From contig JBBIIG010000001.1 of the NCBI GenBank assembly GCA_037446635.1, positions 149,638 to 213,637 on the forward strand: a stretch of 64,000 nt of DNA, given 5' to 3'. Shown here in pieces: positions 20,445 to 30,707 of this stretch. A program made the position numbers and the translations under genes. Position 1 is the first letter of the stretch, and the number at the start of each line of letters is the position of its first letter. Source of the DNA: a bacterium (GTDB lineage: Bacteria; Zhuqueibacterota; Zhuqueibacteria; Oceanimicrobiales; Oceanimicrobiaceae). The notes under the pieces are model-generated. The model was given only the letters and a program-made list of their open reading frames with translations. It made no database searches and was not told the DNA's origin.

Positions 20445-21986
20445 ATGTTCGCAAAAGCGTTGGGCGCCGCGGTATTAGGAATCGATGCCTACCTGGTTGA
20501 GGTAGAGGCTCACCTCGAGAGCCAGCTTCCATACTTCGCGACGGTTGGTTTACCAGAGGGCGCGGTAAAAGAGTCGAAAGAGCGTGTATCCGCTGCTATA
20601 AAAAATTGCGGTTTCAAATTTCCACAAAAGCGCATCACCATCAACCTGGCGCCAGCGGATATTAAAAAAGAGGGCTCGGCGTTCGATCTTCCCATCGCTA
20701 TCGGAATTCTTGCGGCGATGGGACAGGTGTCGCCTGACCATCTTAATGATTTCGTCATCCTCGGGGAACTGTCGCTCGATGGCAGCCTGCGCCCCATTCG
20801 CGGCGCCCTACCCATCTCATTGGCGGCAAAAAAGGGCGGTAAAAAAGGAATTCTCCTACCAAAGCCCAACGCCAAGGAAGCCGCCATCACCACCGGCATC
20901 GATGTTTTTCCGATGAGCAATCTCGCGGAGACAGTCGATTTCTTAAACAGTGCGCTCACAGCCCAACCGTTCAGACTGAATGTGCTGGAAATTTTTTCGC
21001 AAAGCCGAAATTATGTGATTGACTTTGCGGACGTGAAAGGCCAGGAGCACGTGAAACGTGCGTTGGAAATCGCGGCCGCGGGCGGGCATAATCTGATCAT
21101 GATCGGCCCTCCTGGCTCCGGTAAAACCATGTTGGCAAAACGACTGCCCTCCATTCTGCCGGATTTGACTCTTGACGAGGCTCTGGAGACAACGAAGATC
21201 CACTCGGTTGCGGGGCTACTTCCGCCGGACACGGCTTTGATTGCTACGCGTCCGTTCCGTAACCCGCACCACACCATCAGCGACGCCGGACTCATCGGCG
21301 GCGGCAAGGTTCCCAAACCCGGCGAAGTCAGTTTGGCAAATCACGGCGTTCTCTTTTTGGATGAATTGCCGGAATTCAAAAAAAATGTACTTGAGGTCAT
21401 GCGGCAGCCGCTTGAAGATGGCAAAGTCACCATTTCGCGCGCATTGCTTTCGCTCACATATCCGGCTGAAATCATGTTAGTCGCCGCAATGAACCCCTGC
21501 CCGTGCGGTTTCAATGGCGATCCCAACAACCAGTGCTCATGCACGCCACCGCAAATTCAAAAATATTTGGCCAAAGTTTCCGGACCGTTGTTAGACCGCA
21601 TCGACATTCATATTGAAGTACCGGCTGTACGCTACAAAGAATTGTCCAGCGAAATTTCCGGAGAAAATTCCGCAACGATTCGTGAGCGCGTTAAACGCGC
21701 CAGAGAGATTCAACTCCAGCGCTTTCACGCAAGGAAGAATCTATTTTGCAACGCCCGCATGGAATCGAAAGAAATTCGTCATTACTGCAAAATTGATGAA
21801 CAGGGCCACGAATTGTTGAAAATGGCGATCACAAAATTAGGTTTGTCAGCGCGCGCTTATGATCGAATCTTGAAAGTCTCTCGCACTATCGCGGATCTGG
21901 AGGGCTCAGAAGAGATTCGTCCAGAATTCGTCAGCGAAGCGATTCAATACCGCAGTTTGGATCGAGAATTGAGGACGGGATTTTAG
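20445..21986 (+). CDS. comM: ComM/YifB Mg-chelatase-like AAA+ ATPase (intact)
   Basis: [74 protein letters not shown]. Confidence 0.97.
   Translation: MFAKALGAAVLGIDAYLVEVEAHLESQLPYFATVGLPEGAVKESKERVSAAIKNCGFKFPQKRITINLAPADIKKEGSAFDLPIAIGILAAMGQVSPDHLNDFVILGELSLDGSLRPIRGALPISLAAKKGGKKGILLPKPNAKEAAITTGIDVFPMSNLAETVDFLNSALTAQPFRLNVLEIFSQSRNYVIDFADVKGQEHVKRALEIAAAGGHNLIMIGPPGSGKTMLAKRLPSILPDLTLDEALETTKIHSVAGLLPPDTALIATRPFRNPHHTISDAGLIGGGKVPKPGEVSLANHGVLFLDELPEFKKNVLEVMRQPLEDGKVTISRALLSLTYPAEIMLVAAMNPCPCGFNGDPNNQCSCTPPQIQKYLAKVSGPLLDRIDIHIEVPAVRYKELSSEISGENSATIRERVKRAREIQLQRFHARKNLFCNARMESKEIRHYCKIDEQGHELLKMAITKLGLSARAYDRILKVSRTIADLEGSEEIRPEFVSEAIQYRSLDRELRTGF
21489..21986 (+). repeat. Left copy of the 498-bp comM 3' direct repeat
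   Basis: Colinear and gap-free with 47545-48042 by manual codon alignment. Confidence 0.95.
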
Positions 21987-22079
21987 TGAACACGGGTCAA
22001 AAGCTCCAGACGTTCCTTTTTGGGGACTCGACGGCGATACTCGGGATCGTTGTGTTCTCCAGCGGTCAAGAGCGGGCAC

Positions 22080-24041
22080 TCATCGTGACCGCTCCAGCAC
22101 GACGACGGACCGTGGTGCGACCTCATAATGCAACCCATCGACGGCCCGCGTTGCTAAATCCTGGCGGCTGGTATCCACGACACAGTTCCAAGGGCCAGGC
22201 TGCTGGATTTGGAATTGCACCGGCTCCCAGAAGGCGTTGATCATGACGTAAAGGTCGCTCACGCCACGCAAACAATAAGCCAGACAGCGCGAATTATAAT
22301 CCACCGGGCCGGTCGCGCCGTACCAGTTCACCGCCTCGCGCCAAAACCGGCCGGAGGCGATTTCCGGGTGAGCTTTGCGGAACGCAATCATGCGTTGAAA
22401 AAACTGAAAGATGTCCCGGTTTTTTTCCAACAGCAACCAATCCAGCCATGTCGTCTCGTTGTCCTGGTTGTATGGGTTGTTGTTACCGCGTTGCGTGTTG
22501 AGAAATTCGTCGCCCGCGCAGAACATCGGTGTGCCGTTCGACAACATCAGCAGACAGAAGAAGTTCTTCACCTGTTGCCGGCGCAATGCGATCACCTCGG
22601 CGGGCGTGCCCGCATCGCCTTCCCAACCACAGTTCCAGCTCACATTGTTGTCCGTGCCATCCGTGTTGTTGTGTCCATTGGCGGCGTTGTGTTTTTGGTT
22701 GTAGGCGACGAGATCGTAGAGACAGAAGCCGTCGTGGGCCGTGATGAAGTTGACGCTCTGATAGGGCCGATAAACATCGCCGGGGCCGTCGGGAAACAAA
22801 TCATCGCTCCCGTACAATCGCTGCATCAGCGTGCCGACTTTGCCAGCATCGCCACGGATAAAGGCGCGCACATCATCCCGGTATTGGCCGTTCCACTGCC
22901 CCCAGAGCCAGCCCGGATAACTTCGGCCTAACAGATTCACCCCGATGTCCCACGCTTCGGCCACGACTCGGAAATCCCCCGCGATTGCGAGGGCGGTGAT
23001 CTCGCTAACGAGCGCAGCCTCCTCGGTCTGCGCTTGTCCGTGAATGTCGCGAGCCATGACCGACGCCAAATCGAAACGAAAACCATCCACGCCGAGATTC
23101 GCCCAATGACGCAGGCTTTGCAAGATCAGCGCCCGTGTGCCGTCGTGAGCGCACCGCAACGTGTTGCCGCAGCCGGTATCGTTCCAGTAGTGTCCGTCCG
23201 GTCCGAGCAGGTAGTAACTGCTGTTGTCAATCCCGCGCCACGAATAGGTCGGGCCAGTATGATCGCCTTCGCATGTATGATTGTACACCACGTCGAGCCA
23301 GCCCTCGATTCCCGCTGCGTGAAATGCCCGGACCATCTGGCGAAACTCGGCCACCGCATCGCGCACCGCGTAACCTTGATGCGGCGCAAAAAAGTTCAAC
23401 GTCATGTAGCCCCAGTAGTTGCCCTCCTGCGGATCAAACTGATGGACCGGCAACAACTCGACGACGGTCACGCCGAGCTTTTTTAGGTAAGGAATCTTCT
23501 CGATCAATCCGAGAAACGTCCCGCGCCTTTCCTTAGTCACGCCGGAGTTCGCACGCGCCGTGAAACCTTTGACATGCAACTCATAAATCACAATCTCGTG
23601 CCACGCACGCCGGGGCCGCGAGCTTTTTTCAGGCACCAGCTTCCTCATGGGCAACACCCCAAGCGGCGCGCGTCCATCGTTCGCGCCCGGCTGCATCGCG
23701 GTCGCACGCGAAAATTCCGGCGGAAAGAACACTTCTGTGGCAAACGGGTCGAGCAACACCTTTTGCGCGTCAAACCGGTGCATCGCCCCGGTTGGGCCTT
23801 CGACCCGGTAGGCGTAGTATCGTGCCCCTGACGCCGCTGACTGCAACACGAAGCAATGCCAGATCCGTCCTGTTTTGTTCTGGAATGGATCGAGCCGAAG
23901 TTCGAATATTGGCTTTACGAAATCGTTGCGGTCGTACAACAGCAACGTTACGCGGGTGGCGTGTCGAGAGTACAACGTGAAGTTCCATCCATCGCCCGTC
24001 CATGTTGCTCCTGCCGGAACCGGTTGACCTTCGGTGTTCAT
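22080..24041 (-). CDS. glgX: Glycogen debranching enzyme/isoamylase (GH13)
   Basis: IYELHVKGFT, NYWGY, DVVYNHT, DGFRFDLA, AEAWD, NFITAHDGF; start overlaps the pfk stop (ATGA). Confidence 0.93.
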   Translation of the reverse strand: MNTEGQPVPAGATWTGDGWNFTLYSRHATRVTLLLYDRNDFVKPIFELRLDPFQNKTGRIWHCFVLQSAASGARYYAYRVEGPTGAMHRFDAQKVLLDPFATEVFFPPEFSRATAMQPGANDGRAPLGVLPMRKLVPEKSSRPRRAWHEIVIYELHVKGFTARANSGVTKERRGTFLGLIEKIPYLKKLGVTVVELLPVHQFDPQEGNYWGYMTLNFFAPHQGYAVRDAVAEFRQMVRAFHAAGIEGWLDVVYNHTCEGDHTGPTYSWRGIDNSSYYLLGPDGHYWNDTGCGNTLRCAHDGTRALILQSLRHWANLGVDGFRFDLASVMARDIHGQAQTEEAALVSEITALAIAGDFRVVAEAWDIGVNLLGRSYPGWLWGQWNGQYRDDVRAFIRGDAGKVGTLMQRLYGSDDLFPDGPGDVYRPYQSVNFITAHDGFCLYDLVAYNQKHNAANGHNNTDGTDNNVSWNCGWEGDAGTPAEVIALRRQQVKNFFCLLMLSNGTPMFCAGDEFLNTQRGNNNPYNQDNETTWLDWLLLEKNRDIFQFFQRMIAFRKAHPEIASGRFWREAVNWYGATGPVDYNSRCLAYCLRGVSDLYVMINAFWEPVQFQIQQPGPWNCVVDTSRQDLATRAVDGLHYEVAPRSVVVLERSR

Positions 24042-25291
24042 AATTCCTCCGGTTGGCCAGTGGCGGCCAGTGTCCCGCTCCATACGGGGCCGGCGGGGTC
24101 AACGGATTTCTTGCGGCTGGCGAGCAATTCGATAGGGAGGTGAATGAACTCGTCATGCAGGAATCCAATTACCAGCCCGGTTTTGCCGGCCATGGCGGCG
24201 TGGACGGCGTTGCGGGCGAACAAATCGCAAAGGATCGAGTCTTCGCTGTTCGCTGGGCAGCTGCGCACGTGGTAACTCGGGTCGAAGTAGCGCATCACGA
24301 TGGGAATCTTCTCCGCTTTGAAATACGCCTCTATCTGACCACGTAGGAAAGATCCGATATCGCCGAGTTTCACATTTCCGGAGGCATCGCGCTCCGCTCC
24401 CACGTTGCCTAACCAGTCCTGCCCAACGCCCTCGGACACGACAATCACGGCGTGCGCGCGCTTCAGAATCCGCTCCTTCAATGCCGCCAGAAAATTGTCG
24501 AGCTTAAACGGCACTTCCGGGATGAGGCAGAAGTTTACCTCTTGGCTTGCCACCGTCGCACCAACGGCGATGAAGCCGGCGTGACGCCCCATCACTTTCA
24601 CCAATGCGATGCCGTTGTGCACGCTGCGGGCCTCCGCGTGCGCGCGGTCGAGCACAGACGCCGCCTCCTGGACCGCAGTCAGATAACCAAAAGTACGTGC
24701 CACGAACGCCACGTCGTTGTCTACGGTTTTGGGGATTCCGACCACCGCCAGCGCGTGACCACGCTGCTGGGCCAATTGAAAAAGCTCGTTGCCACCCCGC
24801 TGCGTGCCGTCGCCGCCGACGGTGAAGAGGATGTTCACTCCAATCCGCGCGAGGTTTTCGACGGCAGCTACCGTGTTCACCGGCCCGCGCGAAGTGCCAA
24901 GCACTGTACCTCCGCGGCGATGAATATCGTTGACGAACTCGGGCGTCAGCCGAATCGGTGTTTGTCCGTTCTCCGGATCGAGTCCGGGATAGCCGCCGCG
25001 AAAACCGAGTACCTCTTTCACACCATAAGCGTGGTGCAGTTCGTTGAACAACGACCGGATGACGTTGTTCAGGCCAGGACACAGCCCACCGCAGGTGACA
25101 ATTCCCGCCCGCGTCCGTGCTGGATTGAAGAACAATTTGGCGCGCGGCCCGGCCATCTCGAATTCCCACTCCTGCCCCGACCTCGGCTGGCCGTGAATGA
25201 TCAGCTCAGGCACGGACAATTCGTCGCTAACGAAACGGCTCAATGGCGAGGGATAGCGAGGTTCTCCCAAGGTTGTTATTCGATGAAGCAT
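24038..25291 (-). CDS. pfkA: 6-phosphofructokinase, ATP-type GGDG motif
   Basis: TCGGLCPGLN, GGTVLGTSRG, GGDGT, PKTVDND, MGRHAG. Confidence 0.92.
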   Translation of the reverse strand: MLHRITTLGEPRYPSPLSRFVSDELSVPELIIHGQPRSGQEWEFEMAGPRAKLFFNPARTRAGIVTCGGLCPGLNNVIRSLFNELHHAYGVKEVLGFRGGYPGLDPENGQTPIRLTPEFVNDIHRRGGTVLGTSRGPVNTVAAVENLARIGVNILFTVGGDGTQRGGNELFQLAQQRGHALAVVGIPKTVDNDVAFVARTFGYLTAVQEAASVLDRAHAEARSVHNGIALVKVMGRHAGFIAVGATVASQEVNFCLIPEVPFKLDNFLAALKERILKRAHAVIVVSEGVGQDWLGNVGAERDASGNVKLGDIGSFLRGQIEAYFKAEKIPIVMRYFDPSYHVRSCPANSEDSILCDLFARNAVHAAMAGKTGLVIGFLHDEFIHLPIELLASRKKSVDPAGPVWSGTLAATGQPEEL

Positions 25292-25317
25292 GGTTCAGCT
25301 CCTTGTGGATTATAGCG

Positions 25318-26493
25318 TTATCGCTCCTGGAGTACGGCGACGCCTGGGAGTTCTTTCCCCTCGAGAAACTCCAACGACGCACCGCCGCCGGTCGAAATAT
25401 GCGTCATCTGCTTCGCCATTCCCGCTTGCTCGACCGCAGCCGCGGAATCACCGCCGCCAATAATCGTCGTCGCTCCTGACAGTTCAGCCAGCGCACTGGC
25501 AATCGCAAACGTTCCGGCAGCGAAAGGCTCCAATTCGAAGACTCCCATTGGTCCGTTCCACACGACGGTTTTCGCCTCGCGCAGATGTTGTGTGAAGAGC
25601 TCCACCGTCTGCGGTCCGATGTCGAGGATGCGCCAGCCGGTTGGGACAGCCTCTACACTGACCACACGCATTTGCGCCTTGGCATCCAGGCTATCCGCAA
25701 CTACGACATCCACCGGCAGGATTAGCTTGGAGCCGCCGTCGCGCAGCAATGTTCTGGCCTCCTCAAGTTTGTCATTCTCCACCAATGACTCTCCCACTGC
25801 TTTGCCCTGCGCTTTTAGAAAGGTGTTGGCCATGCCACCCCCAATGAGCAACGAATCCACTTTCCCCAGCAGGTTGTGAATCACCGCGATCTTGTCGGAC
25901 ACCTTCGCGCCTCCCAGCACGGAGACGAACGGTCGCGCTGGTGCCGCAAGAGCCTTCCCAAGGAAGGCCAGCTCTTTCTCCATCAAAAACCCTGAGACTG
26001 CCGGCAGGTACGAAGTTACACCAACCGTTGAGGCGTGGGCACGGTGGGCAGAGCCGAAGGCGTCGTTTACGTAAATATCTGCCAACGAAGCAAGTGCCTG
26101 GGCAAACCGGGCGTCATTGGCCTCTTCCTCTGCATGAAACCGAAGGTTCTCGAGGAGCAAAACACCGCCGCGCGGCAGCTTTTTCGTCATGCCCTCTACT
26201 ACCGGTCCAATACAGTCGGGAGCCATCTGCACTGGACGATTGAGAAGTTGGCCGAGTCGCTCAGCCACGGGCCTCAGACTGTATTTTGCCTCGGGTTTTC
26301 CTTTCGGCCTGCCAAGGTGAGAGCAAAGAATCAGTTGAGCGCCACAGCCGAGTATGTACATGATGGTTGGCAAAGCGGCGCGGATGCGCGTGTCATCACT
26401 GACCCGGCTCTTCTCTAACGGCACGTTAAAGTCCACACGGACGAGCACGCGCTTGCCGGCCATATCGATATCGCGGACCGTCTTCTTGTTCAT
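25318..26493 (-). CDS. pgk: Phosphoglycerate kinase
   Basis: [43 protein letters not shown]. Confidence 0.98.
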   Translation of the reverse strand: MNKKTVRDIDMAGKRVLVRVDFNVPLEKSRVSDDTRIRAALPTIMYILGCGAQLILCSHLGRPKGKPEAKYSLRPVAERLGQLLNRPVQMAPDCIGPVVEGMTKKLPRGGVLLLENLRFHAEEEANDARFAQALASLADIYVNDAFGSAHRAHASTVGVTSYLPAVSGFLMEKELAFLGKALAAPARPFVSVLGGAKVSDKIAVIHNLLGKVDSLLIGGGMANTFLKAQGKAVGESLVENDKLEEARTLLRDGGSKLILPVDVVVADSLDAKAQMRVVSVEAVPTGWRILDIGPQTVELFTQHLREAKTVVWNGPMGVFELEPFAAGTFAIASALAELSGATTIIGGGDSAAAVEQAGMAKQMTHISTGGGASLEFLEGKELPGVAVLQER

Positions 26494-26565
26494 TGTTACA
26501 TTCTCCTTAAATTATGAAGCAATTTCCTTTTGTCAATAGTTGTCTCCCAGGTGATTAGGAGCCGC

Positions 26566-26721
26566 CTACCTGCCGACAAGACTGGGCAGGGAAATGGTGA
26601 CACGACGAACGCCAACCGCTGCCGGTGTGGGCAGGCGCCCCCGGCCATGCAAAATCGCATTGACGATGCGAGCCAGCGCGCTGCTGATGCCGTAATAGGT
26701 CGCGCCTCTGCCGCTGATCGT
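26566..26721 (-). pseudogene. ldh: Relic of an L-lactate dehydrogenase C-terminal region
   Basis: Reads ISGRGATYYGISSALARIVNAIL...VTISLPSLVGR, matching the LDH KGATYYGI..ALARI...IL...SLP motif; no N-terminus. Confidence 0.75.
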
Positions 26722-26744
26722 GCAAACCGTACCAAAAACAACTC

Positions 26745-27761
26745 TTAACGAGTACCCTTCGTTGCCACATACTGAATCAAGTCCGCTACGCGAACGGAAT
26801 AGCCCCATTCGTTGTCATACCACGACACGACCTTCGCCAGGTTGCCGCCGATTACCAGTGTGTCGAGGGCGCTGAAGATCGAGGAGTGCGCATCGCCTTT
26901 GAGATCGCTGGAAACCAGTGGCTCTTCGGAATAGGCCAGAATGCCTTGCATGGGGCCTTTGGCGTATTGTTTCATCGCTGCATTGATCTCTTCGACCGTT
27001 GCATTCTTCGACAGCACGGCGGTGAAGTCAATCACCGAGACGGTGGGAGTCGGCACGCGGAACGCCATGCCGGTGAACTTTCCTTTCAGTTGCGGAATCA
27101 CCAGTCCCACTGCTTTGGCCGCGCCGGTTTCGGAGGGGACGATGTTCATCGCTGCCGCACGGGCATCGCGCGGATCTTCGGCTTCGAGATCGAGTAGCCG
27201 CTGTGAGTTGGTGTAGGAATGCACCGTGGTCAGGATGCCTTTCTCGATGCCGAAATTGTCGAAAAGAACTTTGGCGACCGGAGCCAGTCCATTGGTAGTG
27301 CAGGAGGCGTTCGAAAGGATGTGATGTTTGGCGGGATCATACATCTTCTCGTTGACGCCCAGCACGATGGTCAAATCTTCCTCCTTAGCCGGCGCGGTGA
27401 TGATCACTTTCTTGGCGACGGCATTCAAGTGCAGCTGGGCCTTGTCCCGTTGCCGGAATAGGCCGGTGGATTCGACGACGATCTCAACACCCAGCTTGGC
27501 CCAAGGCAAGCGTGCCGGATCCCGTTCGGCCAGAATCTTGACCTCGTCGCCGTCGGCCACGAAGCTGTCTTCACGCGCCACCACTTCGCCTGGGAAACGC
27601 CCATAGTTCGTATCATACTTGAGCAGGTACGTCATGATTTTGATCCGGCCGATATCATTGACCGCAACGACGTCGATCTCTTTGTCGTAGCGCTCGCGGA
27701 TGGCTTTGTAAACTTGGCGGCCGATCCGTCCAAAGCCGTTGATTCCGATTCGAATTGACAT
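26745..27761 (-). CDS. gap: Type I glyceraldehyde-3-phosphate dehydrogenase
   Basis: [31 protein letters not shown]. Confidence 0.98.
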   Translation of the reverse strand: MSIRIGINGFGRIGRQVYKAIRERYDKEIDVVAVNDIGRIKIMTYLLKYDTNYGRFPGEVVAREDSFVADGDEVKILAERDPARLPWAKLGVEIVVESTGLFRQRDKAQLHLNAVAKKVIITAPAKEEDLTIVLGVNEKMYDPAKHHILSNASCTTNGLAPVAKVLFDNFGIEKGILTTVHSYTNSQRLLDLEAEDPRDARAAAMNIVPSETGAAKAVGLVIPQLKGKFTGMAFRVPTPTVSVIDFTAVLSKNATVEEINAAMKQYAKGPMQGILAYSEEPLVSSDLKGDAHSSIFSALDTLVIGGNLAKVVSWYDNEWGYSVRVADLIQYVATKGTR

Positions 27762-27921
27762 GGTTTCATCTCCTTAGTTTTTAAGTCCAAAATCGAGAGC
27801 CCAAAGAAAACACGAGCGTGAGGGCCACAATACCAGTCGCGATACAAATCGCAGCAAAGTATCGCGAGCGGATTTGCCGCTGCGATGCTTCAGAAGAGAG
27901 AATCATATTCAAAGTCCACAA

Positions 27922-28947
27922 TTACAGACACAGCGTGGTACCTGTTCCCCGCAACTCGCTGACAGCCTGCTTCACGCGCGCGGCCATGGCCGTTTCCGCC
28001 AGGGAGAGATAAGTGCGAGGATCGTACGCCTTTTTATTGCCAACCTCGCCATCCACCCGGAGAACACCGTCATAATTTTTGAAGAAATGATCCGCAACCG
28101 GCCGGCTGAAAGCATACTGCATGTCCGTGTCGATGTTCATCTTCACCACACCGTAGTCCACCGCTTCCTGAATCTCCTCGATGGTTGAGCCGGAGCCACC
28201 GTGAAAAACGAGATAGAAGCGGGCTTGCTCGCCGTATTTTTTCACCACCGCCTCCTGACAATCTCTAAGGACTTTTGGTTTCAGCTTGACCTGGCCGGGC
28301 TTGTAAACGCCATGAACATTGCCGAAGGTCGCTGCCAGCAGATACCGCGCTCCGGCAATGGCGTTGAGACGTTTCGCGACTTCCAGCGTGTCTTCCGGTG
28401 TCGTGTACAACTTATCCGCGGCATGGCCGGTAACACCGTCCTCCTCGCCGCCCACGACGCCCGTCTCGATTTCGAGGATAAGCTCATTCTTACGGAAGCG
28501 TTCGAGTAGTTTCACTGCAATGTCGAGATTCTCTTTCAGAGAAATGGTGCTGCCGTCGAACATATGGCTGTTGAACAGGTTCGGCTTGCCTGCCGCCCGC
28601 CGCCGTTCTGTCTCTTCCACTAACGGTATGACGAATTTGTCGAGCTTGTCGGCCAAGCAGTGGTCGGTGTGGAGGGCGACGTAGATCGGGTAACGTTCGG
28701 CAACACGATGAACATGTTCGGCCAATGAAATCGCACCGAGCGCCATGTCCTTGACCGACGATCCCGATGCAAACGCGCCACCGCCGGTCGAGAGTTGGAT
28801 AATGCCATCACTCTTGCTTTCAGCCAAGCCCCGCAGCACGGCATTGGCAGAGGTCAGGGAGCTAACGTTGATCGCGGGATAGGCAAAATGCTTCTCCCGC
28901 GCGTGTTCCAACATTTTGCAGTAGATTTCATAATTTGCAACTGGCAT
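27922..28947 (-). CDS. fbaA: Class II fructose-bisphosphate aldolase
   Basis: HTDHC, SHMFDG, GGEEDG, FGNVHGVY, FHGGSG, KMNIDTD. Confidence 0.96.
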   Translation of the reverse strand: MPVANYEIYCKMLEHAREKHFAYPAINVSSLTSANAVLRGLAESKSDGIIQLSTGGGAFASGSSVKDMALGAISLAEHVHRVAERYPIYVALHTDHCLADKLDKFVIPLVEETERRRAAGKPNLFNSHMFDGSTISLKENLDIAVKLLERFRKNELILEIETGVVGGEEDGVTGHAADKLYTTPEDTLEVAKRLNAIAGARYLLAATFGNVHGVYKPGQVKLKPKVLRDCQEAVVKKYGEQARFYLVFHGGSGSTIEEIQEAVDYGVVKMNIDTDMQYAFSRPVADHFFKNYDGVLRVDGEVGNKKAYDPRTYLSLAETAMAARVKQAVSELRGTGTTLCL

Positions 28948-29030
28948 ATTTTTTCTCCTGAGAAATTTTCATGCACGATCTTTCCGTATCGCGCCCAGGG
29001 CGGCGCTGAGCGCGACACAAAGCAATGCCA

Positions 29031-30707
29031 TCATTGAAACAGCACCAGCGCCAGAACCTGCGCGCACAGAATGCGCAGCAACGTCGTCAATGGATACACC
29101 GTCGCATAGGCCACCGTCGGGGCGTCCGACTTGGTGATGTTCGTCGCGAACGCGAGCGCGGGCGGATCGGTGACGCTGCCGGCGATCAATCCGGTCAACA
29201 TCGCGTAGTTCGTCTTCAATACGGCGCGCGCGAACAGGCCCATCAACATCAGCGGCAGAATCGTGACACACAGACCGACGCCCAACCAGAGCAGCCCATT
29301 GGAGCTGAATACGCTCGCAAAGAACCTCGGCCCGGCCGCCAGTCCGACCGCTGCGAAAAACAGCGCAATGCCAAACTCGCGGAATGCCAGGTTGGCATTC
29401 ACCGGCATGTGACAGGCAAGCTTGCCGATGCGGCCGATTCGCCCGAGCACCAGCGCAACCATCAGCGGACCACCGGCCAGTCCCAGCCGGACCGGTTGCG
29501 GCAGTCCGGGAAAAGCAATCGGTATGGTCCCGGCCACGATTCCAAGAAAGATCCCGATGAACAGCGGAATGAAATGGGTTTCATTGAGTTCCTTGACTGA
29601 GTTGCCCAGCAGCTTCGTCGTCTTCTCCAGACTGGCTTGGTCGCCCACCACCTGCACCATATCGCCGAACTGCAGGCGCAAATTGTCGACCGCGGCCAAA
29701 TCGATGTCGGCGCGCGTGACGCGGCTTACGACAGCGCCGTGGCGCGTGGCGAGCGCGAGTTCGCCGAGCGTCTTGCCAAGCACGTCCTTGTGGGTGACGA
29801 CCACTCGACGGAACGTCACGTTGCCAGGCGCCCGGCGCAAATCCTCGTCGCTGCGCCGGCCGACAACGCGCTGGAATTTGTCGAGCCCGGCGCACGTGCC
29901 GACCGCGACAATCGCATCTCCGGTTTGCAGCACTGTGTTGCCGGCCGCCACATGAACTTCAGTTTCGCCGGCGCGGCGATGGCGCGACACGGTCACGCCG
30001 GTTTCCACGCGCGATGGAATGTCGTCGATCATCACGCCGGCCAGATTCGGGTTCTCGACAACGAGCGTGCGGTTCTCCAGTGGCTCGACCCGCCCGCGTT
30101 GTTCTTCCGCGAATGCCACGGCCTCGCGCGGCGCGTCAATCCGAAATATAGCCTTCAACACGAGCAATGTGCCGATGATGCCCACAATCGCGCCGGGATA
30201 TGAAACCGCGTACGCCAAGGCCGGCAGCGTCAACCGGTCTTTGGCGATACCGGGGATCGTCGCGAGCGTCTGTTGCGCTGCGCCGAGCGATGGCGTATTC
30301 GTGGTCGCGCCGGACAACAAGCCCAGCACGGCAGCAAAATCCATCTTGAGCAGCCAACCCAATGCGAGCGCCAGTGCCGTGCCCGATAATACCCCCGCCG
30401 CGGCGATGAGATTGAGCGTCAGGCCCTGTCGTCGAAACGCGGCAAAGAAGCCCGGCCCGAGTTGCAGGCCGATGGTGAAGACGAAAAGAATCAACCCGAA
30501 CTCTTTCACGAACTCCAGCGTGTGGTGGTCAACCGGTTTGCCGAGATGGCCGGCGATGATTCCGGCAAACAGCACGCCCGCTGTGCCCAAGCCGACGCCG
30601 CGCACTTTGAGGCTGCCGAGCGCCATCCCAGAAAAACAAACCAGCGCGAGGACGGCAACCGCGTGCGCGACGGGGTTGATGGTGGGGAGTTGAAAAAGCC
30701 AATTCAT
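29031..30707 (-). CDS. AspT/YidE/YbjL-family transporter with two TrkA-C domains
   Basis: FGLILFVFTIGLQLGP, GATTNTPSLGA, GSVTDPPALAFA, YATVYPLT. Confidence 0.9.
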   Translation of the reverse strand: MNWLFQLPTINPVAHAVAVLALVCFSGMALGSLKVRGVGLGTAGVLFAGIIAGHLGKPVDHHTLEFVKEFGLILFVFTIGLQLGPGFFAAFRRQGLTLNLIAAAGVLSGTALALALGWLLKMDFAAVLGLLSGATTNTPSLGAAQQTLATIPGIAKDRLTLPALAYAVSYPGAIVGIIGTLLVLKAIFRIDAPREAVAFAEEQRGRVEPLENRTLVVENPNLAGVMIDDIPSRVETGVTVSRHRRAGETEVHVAAGNTVLQTGDAIVAVGTCAGLDKFQRVVGRRSDEDLRRAPGNVTFRRVVVTHKDVLGKTLGELALATRHGAVVSRVTRADIDLAAVDNLRLQFGDMVQVVGDQASLEKTTKLLGNSVKELNETHFIPLFIGIFLGIVAGTIPIAFPGLPQPVRLGLAGGPLMVALVLGRIGRIGKLACHMPVNANLAFREFGIALFFAAVGLAAGPRFFASVFSSNGLLWLGVGLCVTILPLMLMGLFARAVLKTNYAMLTGLIAGSVTDPPALAFATNITKSDAPTVAYATVYPLTTLLRILCAQVLALVLFQ

